The notes under the pieces are model-generated. The model saw only the letters and a list, made by a program, of their open reading frames with translations. It was not told where the DNA came from and did not search any database. 64,000 nucleotides of DNA, from contig JAGOJO010000008.1 in the NCBI GenBank assembly GCA_017995075.1, positions 1,011 through 65,010 of the forward strand, in the 5' to 3' direction. The position numbers were made by a program, and so were the translations under genes. The stretch is from Bacteroidia bacterium. Its GTDB lineage: Bacteria > Bacteroidota > Bacteroidia > AKYH767-A > OLB10. Shown one piece after another: positions 45,804 to 55,743 of the stretch. Within the stretch, counting starts at the first letter, position 1, and each line of letters starts with the position of its first letter.

Positions 45804-47345
45804 TTAATGACGGACAATAAACTTTCCGCTTAACTGCTCATTTCCATTTTGAACTATGATCCAATACAACCCTTCGTACCATGAACTGAGATTCATAAAA
45901 GTGACCCGCTCGTTTACAGTCAACTTTTCCTGAAGCTTTCCATCGGTGCTGTACAACATTACAATTGACTCACCTGTGAAAGAATCAGGGAATTTTATCG
46001 TCAGAGTTTCTGAAGCAGGATTAGGATAAAGCAGTAAAGAAGATTTAACAGGAGAATCAGGCAGTGCTGAAGTAGAAGAATGAAGACGAGCTGTAAATCC
46101 CCGCCGTATATTGAATCCGGCATTACCGGTGCCAGCCAGGAATAAATCACCTGCAGCCTCGTCGATTGCATTTACCTCAGGGTTAAGAATACTGGGCAGA
46201 ATCAGTTGTTGATCTGTTATGCGTTGCCCATTCAAATTATACTGATATAGCCACGGAATTCCTTTTGTTGTAACAAATGTCAGTCGATTATTTTCAAGGT
46301 GGAGGAAGTCTTTATTGCGCCCATAGAGATTAGAAAAGCCACGTGCAGTATCGTTCCATAAAATAATTCCGTTTGAATCGATGGCCGTAATTAAACTGTA
46401 TCCCGGACTACTGCTATTTATACTTAACGTATAAATATTTCCATTGCTATCGGTTTTTATATTCACTACTGACGTTAAGGCAGTACTTAGTCCAGGAAAG
46501 GAGATGGTTCTGGTCCATAATGTATCGCCCAATGCATTCACTTTTACCAATCCTGCAAACTGATTTATCCTCCCACCTGCAATCGCATTTCCAATATGAT
46601 CAACAGCCAGCTGAGTATGGTATTCTTCTAAACTAACCGGTAGTGTTGTCTGCCAAAGATAATTTCCGGAAGTATCACCATAAATCAATGATCCAAAACC
46701 TGTAAAATTGAATACCAGCTGATAGAAGCCGGTATCGCCACACATTTCTATTCCTCTTGCTATTGCAGAATTCCAGCCTGTAAGCAGCGGATAACTACTC
46801 AGCCATCTGTAATTACCACCCACATCGAATCGCCCTGCAGCAGCGTTGAAAGCGTTATTAACCTTGATTTGTCCAGAGAGATACACATTACCTACTCCAT
46901 CTATAGCGACATCATCCAGATCATCGCCGGTTGCAAACCCCGGAGCATTGAGAATACCGCCTGAGATACTGTCACCCAGGGCATCAAGTTCGGTATAAAC
47001 CATATTGTTCGTTCCGGAATTATCCTCATATTCTCCGGCATAAATAATATTCCCTGACGGAAGTGGAAGCAGGCGGTAACTATAGTTAAAATTAAAACCA
47101 TTCATTGTTTTTCTCCATCGTTGCTGACCATTGGCATCGTATGAAAGATACACCGGACTCTGATCCTGCAATGTGTCAATGGTTCCATTAACATAAGATA
47201 TTCCGTTAGAATCAACAAATAAATCCTCAATCCTGCTATAACCTGTAACAGGAGAATCACATTCTGCTGCTACCCAAAGGGCGGTAAATTGGGCATTTGA
47301 TGATAACGAAATTAGTAGTAAGAAAGTGAGAAGCTTGAATTTCAT
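45804..47345 (-). CDS. T9SS-secreted repeat (beta-propeller-like) protein
   Basis: 513 aa with signal peptide MKFKLLTFLLLISLSSNAQ. Repeated D..GN.Y..G units are present. The T9SS CTD is LYPNPASETLTIKF...GLYWIIV. Confidence 0.7.
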   Translation of the reverse strand: MKFKLLTFLLLISLSSNAQFTALWVAAECDSPVTGYSRIEDLFVDSNGISYVNGTIDTLQDQSPVYLSYDANGQQRWRKTMNGFNFNYSYRLLPLPSGNIIYAGEYEDNSGTNNMVYTELDALGDSISGGILNAPGFATGDDLDDVAIDGVGNVYLSGQIKVNNAFNAAAGRFDVGGNYRWLSSYPLLTGWNSAIARGIEMCGDTGFYQLVFNFTGFGSLIYGDTSGNYLWQTTLPVSLEEYHTQLAVDHIGNAIAGGRINQFAGLVKVNALGDTLWTRTISFPGLSTALTSVVNIKTDSNGNIYTLSINSSSPGYSLITAIDSNGIILWNDTARGFSNLYGRNKDFLHLENNRLTFVTTKGIPWLYQYNLNGQRITDQQLILPSILNPEVNAIDEAAGDLFLAGTGNAGFNIRRGFTARLHSSTSALPDSPVKSSLLLYPNPASETLTIKFPDSFTGESIVMLYSTDGKLQEKLTVNERVTFMNLSSWYEGLYWIIVQNGNEQLSGKFIVRH

Positions 47346-47503
47346 ATGGAGGAGGCTTAAAGCAAATTTAAAATTATAATTTGACTTTCCAACAGATTTT
47401 TAATAGACTGGCAATTGGCTATGATGTGAAACCTTCATCAACCCATATGTTCTGGAAAGGTATTTGGAAATATTGAAAGAAGATGTTGACAGGAAGATTA
47501 TAT

Positions 47504-47535
47504 AAAAAAAGGCTGCCTCCTATAGGGAGACAGCC
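47504..47535 (-). terminator. Intrinsic terminator after the coiled-coil lipoprotein gene
   Basis: Hairpin ggctgcctcc / ggagacagcc (47511-47535, 9 bp with one 1x1 mismatch). On the minus strand it is followed by T7 (plus-strand A-run 47504-47510). Confidence 0.65.
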
Positions 47536-47557
47536 AGACAAAGCAATAAAAGTTAAC

Positions 47558-47995
47558 CTATTTATCGTCTACAGTTAAACCTTTGAGCGCTTTCCCCAAT
47601 TCATCCATATCATAATTGAACTCGGTTTTAAAAGCAGTCCAGTTATTTTTTGCTTCAGGTTTATACGAATCCAGTTTCTCCTTCAGACTATCATTCTTTT
47701 GCTGAAGGTAAGTTACCTGTGTTTTGTAGTCGTTTTTAAGCTCCTTTCGTTCTGCCGACCCCTTCGTTTTGAGTTCTTCAATTTTCTTTTTGTTTTCCTC
47801 AATTTTCATTTCTGATTCCTGGCGAAACTTTGTTACTTCCGCTTCATAGCGTAGCTGAGCCTCATTCAACTCTTTATTTGCCTGATCAACCTTTTCTTCA
47901 GCGCTTTTAACTTCCTGAGAAGAGGCATTACAGCTGAATAAAAGTGAAATGGAAACGATGGAGGCCATTAACGACCTTTTACTTAAATTTTTCAT
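47558..47995 (-). CDS. Coiled-coil lipoprotein, function unknown
   Basis: 145 aa. Lipobox SLLFSC. The body is a Lys/Glu-rich heptad-like sequence. Confidence 0.55.
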   Translation of the reverse strand: MKNLSKRSLMASIVSISLLFSCNASSQEVKSAEEKVDQANKELNEAQLRYEAEVTKFRQESEMKIEENKKKIEELKTKGSAERKELKNDYKTQVTYLQQKNDSLKEKLDSYKPEAKNNWTAFKTEFNYDMDELGKALKGLTVDDK

Positions 47996-48068
47996 TTAAT
48001 TAATTTTTAGTTAAAAACAATTTCTAAAAGGGTGATCTAAAAGATCAGCATTTCTATCTACGCCAATA

Positions 48069-48260
48069 CTAAAGCGCGGCGATTATTTTAGTAAGCTCAT
48101 CCTTTGTTTTACCCAATTTGATCTGCAGTCGGCCCATCATCTCATCTTTTTTACCTTCTGCGAACATTAGATCGTCGTCAGTAAGTACAGAGAATTTTTG
48201 TTTCAATTTACCCTTCTGCTCATTCCAGTTACCTTTAATTTCTGTGGTGTTCATGGTCAT
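48069..48260 (-). CDS. CsbD-family general-stress protein
   Basis: 63 aa. The pattern [22 protein letters not shown]...[20 protein letters not shown] is characteristic of CsbD. Confidence 0.75.
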   Translation of the reverse strand: MTMNTTEIKGNWNEQKGKLKQKFSVLTDDDLMFAEGKKDEMMGRLQIKLGKTKDELTKIIAAL

Positions 48261-48483
48261 TTGTTTTAGTGTTGTTTCCGCATGCGGCGAATCGCAAAAG
48301 AACCATTGTTCTCATCTTTCAAAAGTACATACAACATCATGTCTGGTTGTTACATACATATTGGGAAGATTTGTATAATTAGATAAATACTTAACAGTAA
48401 GTGAAGCATCTGCGAATGGAGCCAGTGGGCTGTTCGTTGTAAGGTCAACTAAATTTTTGTATTCTGTGTATGTGTGCTCAAAC

Positions 48484-48512
48484 AAAAAGGCTGCCCTATC
48501 CGGAGCAGCCTT
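48484..48512 (-). terminator. Intrinsic terminator after the OMP gene
   Basis: An 8-bp stem, aaggctgc (48487-48494) / gcagcctt (48505-48512). On the minus strand it is followed by TTTTTGTTTG. Confidence 0.65.
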
Positions 48513-48545
48513 GTTATGTTAAGCATAACATAAATTATAGGTTAT

Positions 48546-49253
48546 CTAGAATCGCACGGATAAGCCCATATAAATCGCATTCGTACGGATATGTGAACGG
48601 TCCAGTACGTAATAATTGTTGGTTGTTTGAGTTTTACTGTTGTCGCTGATGTCTAATAACCCGAATACGCCCCTATAGCCAAGTCCAAGACGAACCGTTC
48701 TGGCAGAGTTTAAACCAAAATCTACTCCTGCTCCGTATACTAAACCGAAGTCTCCTTTTTTGATAGACAATACCGGATTTGGACTGGTCGACTGCCCGGC
48801 ATCAGTTGTTTCGATTTTAGCGCCGGCACTTACACCTATTTGTGGCCCGGCTACAAGATTCAGATTGATCATTTTTGATACACCGGTATTGAGTGATAGT
48901 AATAGCGGTATGTTAAAGTATTTCAGCGTAATTTTATGATCAACGTCCTTTTCCTTGAATTTTTGAGTGATGTTACTATAGATACACTCAAATTGCGCGC
49001 CAACATGTTCGGTAATATTGAAGGCGACTAAGGCGCCAACGCCATATCCCATATTCACCGAACCACGGGTTGTGCCTCCATCAGATGTATGTAGATCGAG
49101 AGCGGTAAATGTGGGCATAAACCTTAAGCCGAATTCAAAAACTTTATGGTTATCATCAGTATCTGTGCTTTGACCCTTCGCCTGACTTATTACTACTGTA
49201 GAAGTAATAAATAATAACGTCCAAAATCTTATTTTAAAATTTGAAACTTTCAT
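48546..49253 (-). CDS. Outer-membrane beta-barrel (porin-family) protein
   Basis: ATG 49253 was verified and gives the signal peptide MKVSNFKIRFWTLLFITSTVVISQAKGQ. Alternating beta-strand pattern, ending in the C-terminal LSVRF (terminal Phe). Confidence 0.65.
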   Translation of the reverse strand: MKVSNFKIRFWTLLFITSTVVISQAKGQSTDTDDNHKVFEFGLRFMPTFTALDLHTSDGGTTRGSVNMGYGVGALVAFNITEHVGAQFECIYSNITQKFKEKDVDHKITLKYFNIPLLLSLNTGVSKMINLNLVAGPQIGVSAGAKIETTDAGQSTSPNPVLSIKKGDFGLVYGAGVDFGLNSARTVRLGLGYRGVFGLLDISDNSKTQTTNNYYVLDRSHIRTNAIYMGLSVRF

Positions 49254-49562
49254 AATTCTGTTTTTAATAATGTAAGATGCAAAGGTGAATGCAATATAGG
49301 CAAAAAGTATTATATTATTATCTTTTACAATTACACATATCGTATCTGCCATACGTATTCCAAGTATAACTGTAGTTTCAATATTCGTTATTAATGTTTC
49401 AATTTTATGACTCAACCTATAATTATTAGGGTTTCTGCTATTATTTTCACGAATTATCAAGAATTATCATTTACGTTTGGTTCGTTCTGTCATATATATT
49501 CAGGGTTATTCAAATTCTGGACTTTTTATATCTACTTTTGCATTGTACCAATATCGTTTTCA

Positions 49563-50123
49563 ATGAAGTTATTTATTCAGAATATGGTCAGTCTACGCTG
49601 TAAAATGCTGGTGCGTTCCGAATTGGAGAAGCTGGGATTAAAAGTACTAAGTGTTGAGCTGGGTGAAATACAAATTGCAGAGGAATTAACAGAAAGTGAC
49701 AGGGAGTTGTTAAGTGACAGACTTCATTCATCCGGGCTGGAGTTAATGGAAGATAAAGTAGCGATGATTATTGAGAAGATTAAAAATATCATTGTTGAGA
49801 TGGTTCATTATTCCGACGAGCCAATTAAAGAGAACTTTTCGGATTTTCTGAGTAATTTGATGAAAAAGGATTATCATCAACTTTCGGTATTATTTTCAAA
49901 AACAAAGGGTATTACAATCGAACATTTTATCATAATTCACAGGATTGAAAGAGTAAAGGAATTGATCATCTATGATGAACTAACCATCTCTGAAATAGCC
50001 TGGAAGTTGAATTATAGCAGTGTTTCACATCTTAGTTCACAATTTAAAAAAGTTACCGGATTAAGTCCGACCGAGTTCAAAAATCTTCTTAGTAGACGAA
50101 GGAATACTTTAGAGAGTTTGTAG
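49563..50123 (+). CDS. AraC-family transcriptional regulator
   Basis: ATG 49563 (MKLFIQNMVSLRCKMLV...). The C-terminal AraC HTH is ISEIAWKLNYSSVSHLSSQFKKVTGLSPTEFK. Confidence 0.8.
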   Translation: MKLFIQNMVSLRCKMLVRSELEKLGLKVLSVELGEIQIAEELTESDRELLSDRLHSSGLELMEDKVAMIIEKIKNIIVEMVHYSDEPIKENFSDFLSNLMKKDYHQLSVLFSKTKGITIEHFIIIHRIERVKELIIYDELTISEIAWKLNYSSVSHLSSQFKKVTGLSPTEFKNLLSRRRNTLESL

Positions 50124-50419
50124 TTTTAATTATAAAGTGGTCTGTTTCAGATTTAATTTTGATACTATAAATCAGAATTTTGTAACGATTCTCCGCTATA
50201 TAAGTAGCAACTTTGTTGATAGATATTCCAATCCGAATTCATTACTTGTCAGGAATTGCAATAGAACTGTTAGATAGCTTGAACGTTCATAGTGGTTGCA
50301 CTAGCAATTGACGGTTACTTAACTTCTATCTTAAGCCGTCTTAACACCTTGTTTCCGGTTGGGATTTACGGTTTGAAATTTATTCTCTCGCATATCACTG
50401 AAAGATTTAATCAAAAGAA

Positions 50420-50764
50420 ATGAATAATAAAGAACTGGTAAAGTCAAAAGCACACATAATTGTTGAAATCATTGAATATGTACCAAATGCTGTGGTAAGT
50501 AAAACAATTATTAAAAAAATAACGGGAAATATAACTGTATCTTCCTTCGATAGTGGAGAGGAATTAAGTGAGAAATCATCCCCATTCGATACGTATGTTC
50601 AAATAATTGATGGTGCTGCATAGATTACAGTGGATGACAAAAAGGTAATGTTGGAACTGGGCCAGGGAATGATTATTCCTGCACATTCCAAACATAGTTT
50701 CAACGCTCAGGAGCAGTTTAAAATGATTACTACTGTTATTAAAAGCGGTTATGAAATAGAATAA
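50420..50764 (+). pseudogene. Cupin-domain gene interrupted by one in-frame TAG (50621-50623)
   Basis: The track ORF stops at ...YVQIIDGAA*. The same frame continues ITVDDKKVMLELGQGMIIPAHSKHSFNAQEQFKMITTVIKSGYEIE* to 50764. Only the two halves together make a ~114-aa cupin barrel (G.G..IPA...H motif in the second half). Confidence 0.6.
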
Positions 50765-50780
50765 AATTAAATAGAAAGAT

Positions 50781-50912
50781 ATGTCAAAAGAAAATCAAAA
50801 TAAAAAGAAATCTGATAAAACATCACCACAGAAAACTGCAAAACAGAAAAGAATAGATAAGGTGACGAAAAGAATTGCGAAACATCAAAGCGATAAGCTA
50901 TCTACAGATTAA
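50781..50912 (+). CDS. Possible 43-aa lysine-rich small protein
   Basis: MSKENQNKKKSDKTSPQKTAKQKRIDKVTKRIAKHQSDKLSTD. It is below the track's length cut-off and fits exactly between the cupin gene and the GH130 gene. There is no independent support. Confidence 0.25.
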   Translation: MSKENQNKKKSDKTSPQKTAKQKRIDKVTKRIAKHQSDKLSTD

Positions 50913-50917
50913 ATCCG

Positions 50918-51964
50918 ATGATAGAAGTCAATAAATTGGGAATACTATTGTCCAAATCAGACTTACCATTTGAGTGTGATGGCGTATTAAACCCCGGTGT
51001 AATAAAGGAAGATAATAAGATTCATTTGTTTTACAGAGCAGTTACAAAGAATAATTATTCAACGATTGGTTATTGTTTGCTCGCCGGTCCGAATGAAGTG
51101 GAAATCAGGAACAGCTTACCGTTACTTTATCCGCAGTTCGATTATGAAGAGCAGGGAATGGAAGATCCCCGAGTAGTAAAGATTGAAGAAACTTATTATC
51201 TGACATATACCGCGTATGATGGTGTTAATGCATTAGGTGCATTGGCTACCAGCGTTGATCTGGTGAATTGGACAAAGGTAGGCCTTGTGGCTCCTTGTTT
51301 GACTTTTGAGGAGTTCAAACGGTTTATTGAAATGCGCCATGTGATCAGTGAGAAGTATATTCGATACAATGTAGGTAAACTTGTACATCATAAGAAAGAT
51401 AAAAAGGTGTATGTATGGGATAAGAACATGGTTTTATTCCCAAGGAAGATAGATGGAAAATTTTGTTTTCTGCACCGAATCAAACCGGATATTCAACTCG
51501 TGGTGTCGGTGGGAAAGTTGGATGAGTTGACACCGGCATTTTGGGACGACTATTTTATGCATTTTGATGAACATATTGTTTTGTCTCCCCGTTTTGATCA
51601 CGAAGTTAGTTATATAGGAAGCGGTTGTCCGCCGATTGAAACTGGACGCGGCTGGTTAATGATTTATCATGGAGTACGTGATACAATCGATGGGTATGTT
51701 TATTCGGCATGTGCTGCCTTGCTTGATCTTAAGAATCCACGCAAGGAAATTGCCCGTTTACCCTATCCGCTTTTTTTTCCTGAAAAGGATTGGGAGTTGA
51801 AAGGTGAAGTTAATAATGTCTGTTTTCCGACAGGTGCGTTAGTAGAGGATGGAATATTGTTTATTTATTACGGAGCAGCAGATGAACGAATAGCTGTCGC
51901 TTCAGTTGTGTTAGAAGATCTGGTGGAAGAGTTGTTACAGTATAAAACGGTTATATGTTTATGA
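50918..51964 (+). CDS. GH130-like (DUF377) glycoside phosphorylase/hydrolase
   Basis: 348 aa and cytoplasmic. Motifs VLNPGVIKEDNKIHLFYRA, MEDPRVVKIEETYYLTYTAYDG and GWLMIYHGV are typical of the 5-bladed propeller GH130 family. Confidence 0.65.
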   Translation: MIEVNKLGILLSKSDLPFECDGVLNPGVIKEDNKIHLFYRAVTKNNYSTIGYCLLAGPNEVEIRNSLPLLYPQFDYEEQGMEDPRVVKIEETYYLTYTAYDGVNALGALATSVDLVNWTKVGLVAPCLTFEEFKRFIEMRHVISEKYIRYNVGKLVHHKKDKKVYVWDKNMVLFPRKIDGKFCFLHRIKPDIQLVVSVGKLDELTPAFWDDYFMHFDEHIVLSPRFDHEVSYIGSGCPPIETGRGWLMIYHGVRDTIDGYVYSACAALLDLKNPRKEIARLPYPLFFPEKDWELKGEVNNVCFPTGALVEDGILFIYYGAADERIAVASVVLEDLVEELLQYKTVICL

Positions 51965-54351
51965 GAGAATCTGAGATTACATTTTATACCGATGGTGAAA
52001 AAGACGGCTGGCTGGATTCAGGACATCGTAATGTGATTATGGACCGGGCAGGTAGTTTATCATCTGAACAGGATGAGTTATATCCTGAAATTTTATTTAT
52101 TAGCACTTTTCCTCCTCGGGAATGTGGTATAGCAACCTATACACAGGATTTAATTAGTGCATTAGATAAGCAGTTTGATCAGACATTTACATATTCAGTT
52201 TGTGCATTGGAGGATGAAACATCGAATTATTTCTATGAACGCAACCCTAAATATGTCTTAAATACTTCAAAAGTATCTTCTTATACAAAACTTGCATTTC
52301 GGGTAAGTCGAAATAGACGTATTCAGTTGATCGTAGTTCAGCATGAGTTTGGATTGTTCAAAAACAGAGATGAATCCTTTTTAAAATTGATTGCCGATGT
52401 ATCTCAACCGGTAATTGTTGTATTTCATACTGTATTACCGAAGCCGGATCGTCTTTTGCAATCTAATGTAGTTGGTATAGCCCATTTTGCTGCTACAATT
52501 GTCGTCATGACAGAGAACGCCAGGCAAATACTAGAGGAAGATTATGGAGTATCTAAGGAGAAAATAATGGTGATACCACATGGTACTCATTTGGTTTCTC
52601 CTTTGAATAAGGATGAGTTAAAAGAAAAGTATCATATATCTGGTAGAAAAGTATTGAGCACGTTTGGTTTGCTTAGTAACGGGAAAAATATTGAATCATC
52701 GCTCGAAGCATTACCGGCAATTATAAAGGTACATCCAGATGCATTGTTTCTCATTATTGGAAAAACCCACCCAACAATCGTAGAACGGGAAGGTGAACAG
52801 TATCGTTCGATGTTGGAAAAAAAGGTGATGGAAATGAAATTGCAGGGGCATGTACTATTCGTAAACAAATATCTGCCGCTTGATGTATTACTTGAATACC
52901 TTCAATTAACCGATGTTTATCTGTTTACTTCCAAGGATCGGAATCAGGCTGTTAGCGGCACCTTTTCATACGCGGTAAGTTGCGGATGTCCTGTAATTTC
53001 CACACCCATACCTCATACACGTGAAGTACTAAACGATGGAACTGGTATGATTGTGGACTTCGAAGCCCCGGATCAGATTGCAGCAGCAGCCATTTTACTG
53101 CTTAATGACGAAGACTTAATGAAATCAATTAGTCTAAATGCTCGACATAAGATGGCGATCACAGCCTGGCAGAACACTGCTATTGCACATGCACTTTTGT
53201 TTAAACAGTTAAGCGGCAAAAATGTATCATTAAACTATCGTTTACCGGATATCAACCTGCAACACTTTAAAAATTTGACAACTGAATTTGGAATGTTGCA
53301 GTTTTCAAAAATTAACCATCCTGATCCACTTTCAGGATATACGCTAGACGATAATGCCCGGGCACTTATTGCAATATGTATGCATTATCAGATTTATCGG
53401 ATAACTACAGATTTGCCGCTCATTAAAATATATTTAAATTTTATCAGTCATTGTTTACAACCAAATAGTAAATTTCTTAACTATATGGATAAGGATAAAA
53501 TATTTACAGAACAGAATGAAGAAAATAATCTGGAAGATGCCAACGGACGTGCTGTTTGGGCTTTGGGTTATTTACTTTCCATGCGTGATTTATTGCCTGT
53601 TGAATTGGGAGAAACTGCTGCTTCAATTCTTGAAAGAATTATACCGCAATTGCATTCCATACATTCAACAAGAGCGATGGCATTTTCAATTAAGGGGTTG
53701 TATTATCACACCAATCACCTGAATGAAGATATATTAACTGAAATGGCAGACAGGATGGTACAAATGTACAAGCATGAATCGGATGAGGAGTGGAAATGGT
53801 TCGAGGGCTATATTACATATGGTAACAGCGTTTTACCGGAGGCATTGCTCTGTGCCTGGGTTGTAACCGGTAATCCTGTTTACGTTGAAATTGCAAAGGA
53901 GTCATTTGATTTTCTTCTTTCAAAAACTTTTAACGTAAACAATATGGAGGTTATTTCGAATAATGGATGGCTTCACCGTTCGAATGGACAACAACAACTG
54001 GTAACTGGCGGGGAACAGCCCATAGAAGTAGCATACACTATTATGGCACTTGAGAAGTTTCATGCTATTTTTCCTGAGTCGGGTTACCGGAAACTAATGG
54101 AGCAGGCGTTTAGCTGGTTTTTAGGGAATAATCAACTCCATCAGATTATTTATAATCCCGCAACGGGAGGATGTTACGATGGACTTGAAAAGAATTATGT
54201 AAATCTGAACCAGGGAGCTGAATCTACGATCAGCTATCTGATGTCGAGATTAACGATTCAACGGGCATTGGATGAGGAGCGCCGGTATAGATGGGATGTC
54301 TTGAAATCAGAATTGCTGGAAAACAAAGTGGCAATGGTTCATAATCTTTAA
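51955..54351 (+). CDS. GT4-family glycosyltransferase fused to a ~380-aa C-terminal helical domain
   Basis: 798 aa. The start (ATG 51955 or 51961) overlaps the GH130 stop. The GT-B/GT4 region spans ILFISTFPPRECGIATY to FSYAVSCGCPVISTPIPHTREVL. The C-terminal half (DDNARALIAICMHY, GRAVWALGYL, WFLGNN) resembles an alpha/alpha-toroid. Confidence 0.65.
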   Translation: MFMRESEITFYTDGEKDGWLDSGHRNVIMDRAGSLSSEQDELYPEILFISTFPPRECGIATYTQDLISALDKQFDQTFTYSVCALEDETSNYFYERNPKYVLNTSKVSSYTKLAFRVSRNRRIQLIVVQHEFGLFKNRDESFLKLIADVSQPVIVVFHTVLPKPDRLLQSNVVGIAHFAATIVVMTENARQILEEDYGVSKEKIMVIPHGTHLVSPLNKDELKEKYHISGRKVLSTFGLLSNGKNIESSLEALPAIIKVHPDALFLIIGKTHPTIVEREGEQYRSMLEKKVMEMKLQGHVLFVNKYLPLDVLLEYLQLTDVYLFTSKDRNQAVSGTFSYAVSCGCPVISTPIPHTREVLNDGTGMIVDFEAPDQIAAAAILLLNDEDLMKSISLNARHKMAITAWQNTAIAHALLFKQLSGKNVSLNYRLPDINLQHFKNLTTEFGMLQFSKINHPDPLSGYTLDDNARALIAICMHYQIYRITTDLPLIKIYLNFISHCLQPNSKFLNYMDKDKIFTEQNEENNLEDANGRAVWALGYLLSMRDLLPVELGETAASILERIIPQLHSIHSTRAMAFSIKGLYYHTNHLNEDILTEMADRMVQMYKHESDEEWKWFEGYITYGNSVLPEALLCAWVVTGNPVYVEIAKESFDFLLSKTFNVNNMEVISNNGWLHRSNGQQQLVTGGEQPIEVAYTIMALEKFHAIFPESGYRKLMEQAFSWFLGNNQLHQIIYNPATGGCYDGLEKNYVNLNQGAESTISYLMSRLTIQRALDEERRYRWDVLKSELLENKVAMVHNL

Positions 54352-54429
54352 AAACCCAGATTAAGTCCTAAAGTCACCCCGCATGTCGCTCGAATTGTCT
54401 AACATTACATAATATACAAACTGACAATC

Positions 54430-55608
54430 ATGTTAAATGTTACTGCACTTTTTATTCCGATGTTTCTGTTGATTGTGGTACTGGAGATGATTTTCAGTTA
54501 TAAGAAGAAGGACAAGAAGTATTCACTCGCAAACACAACTATGAATCTTGCGATAGGTACAATTGATCAAATAGGTGCATTAATTTATTTTCTCGCCTTG
54601 TATGTGGTGATGGAGTACGTATATGTACACTTTAGATTTTATCAAACTGATAATTTACTTTTCCAATGGGTAGGAGGATATCTTGCAGTTGATTTTTTAA
54701 GTTACTGGTATCACCGACTTTCTCATCGGGTAAATATTTTATGGGCTGGTCATATTACTCATCATAGTTCTGTTTTTTATAATTATTCAAATGGATTCCG
54801 TACTTCACTTTTTCAGGGAATTAACCGTATATTATTCTGGGCGTTGCTTCCTTTATTTGGATTTCAACCTTTGATATTAGTGCTTATATTACAGGTATCC
54901 GGAATTTATGATTTCATATTGCATACGGAGTATATTCCAAAACTTGGGTTTTTAGAAAAAATCCTGATTACTCCTTCGATGCATCGTGTTCATCATGGTA
55001 AAAACCCTTTATACATTGATAAAAACTATGGTTCTACCTTCGTTATCTGGGATAAAATGTTTGGCACCTATCAGGAGGAAACGGAGAAGGTGGAATATGG
55101 AGTTACCGGAAATTACGCTGACACCTCTCCATTGCGGGCCATTAGTTGCCATTATCGCTATTTGTGGAATGCGGTTAGTCAAACTGCTGATTGGAAGAAT
55201 AAAGTACTTTATTTCTTTATGCCACCGGACTGGAAAGTAGTCCCAATTGATGACGGTACACCAAAGAAATATCCTGTAAATGATAACCCAAGGGAATTAA
55301 TACAATATGCATGGTATCTATTGGGATTTAGTATAGTTGGAATACTTTTATTACTTATTTACATTCATTTTTTGCGATGGTATGAAGTTGGTGTTTTTGC
55401 AGCTATTGCTATAACTGCTGTTTCAAGTATGTCGATGATTTTTAACAATACATTTCCGGAAAACTTTGTTAAGATTGAGAAACAAAGAGTAGTTCTTGCG
55501 TTAATATTACTTTTGTCAATCATTGTTTTGCATGAGTCACTTTATAATTATGCTCTGTTGTTGTTTCTCTGTGTCACCTACGGGATGATCAGCAGAGTTA
55601 CTTATTAG
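54430..55608 (+). CDS. Fatty-acid hydroxylase / sterol desaturase superfamily membrane enzyme
   Basis: 392 aa. The three His boxes are HRLSH, HITHH and HRVHH. Extra C-terminal TM helices are present. Confidence 0.75.
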   Translation: MLNVTALFIPMFLLIVVLEMIFSYKKKDKKYSLANTTMNLAIGTIDQIGALIYFLALYVVMEYVYVHFRFYQTDNLLFQWVGGYLAVDFLSYWYHRLSHRVNILWAGHITHHSSVFYNYSNGFRTSLFQGINRILFWALLPLFGFQPLILVLILQVSGIYDFILHTEYIPKLGFLEKILITPSMHRVHHGKNPLYIDKNYGSTFVIWDKMFGTYQEETEKVEYGVTGNYADTSPLRAISCHYRYLWNAVSQTADWKNKVLYFFMPPDWKVVPIDDGTPKKYPVNDNPRELIQYAWYLLGFSIVGILLLLIYIHFLRWYEVGVFAAIAITAVSSMSMIFNNTFPENFVKIEKQRVVLALILLLSIIVLHESLYNYALLLFLCVTYGMISRVTY

Positions 55609-55743
55609 CGATTTACTTTATATTTAACAGATCATATTAAGCAAGCGTATTGATTGATTTTGCAGCCGTTTAGTAAGTTTCATGTACGGTGAAGAATATA
55701 TTACGAGGATTTCTTATTTTTAAACGCTACAAAATCTCATAGA

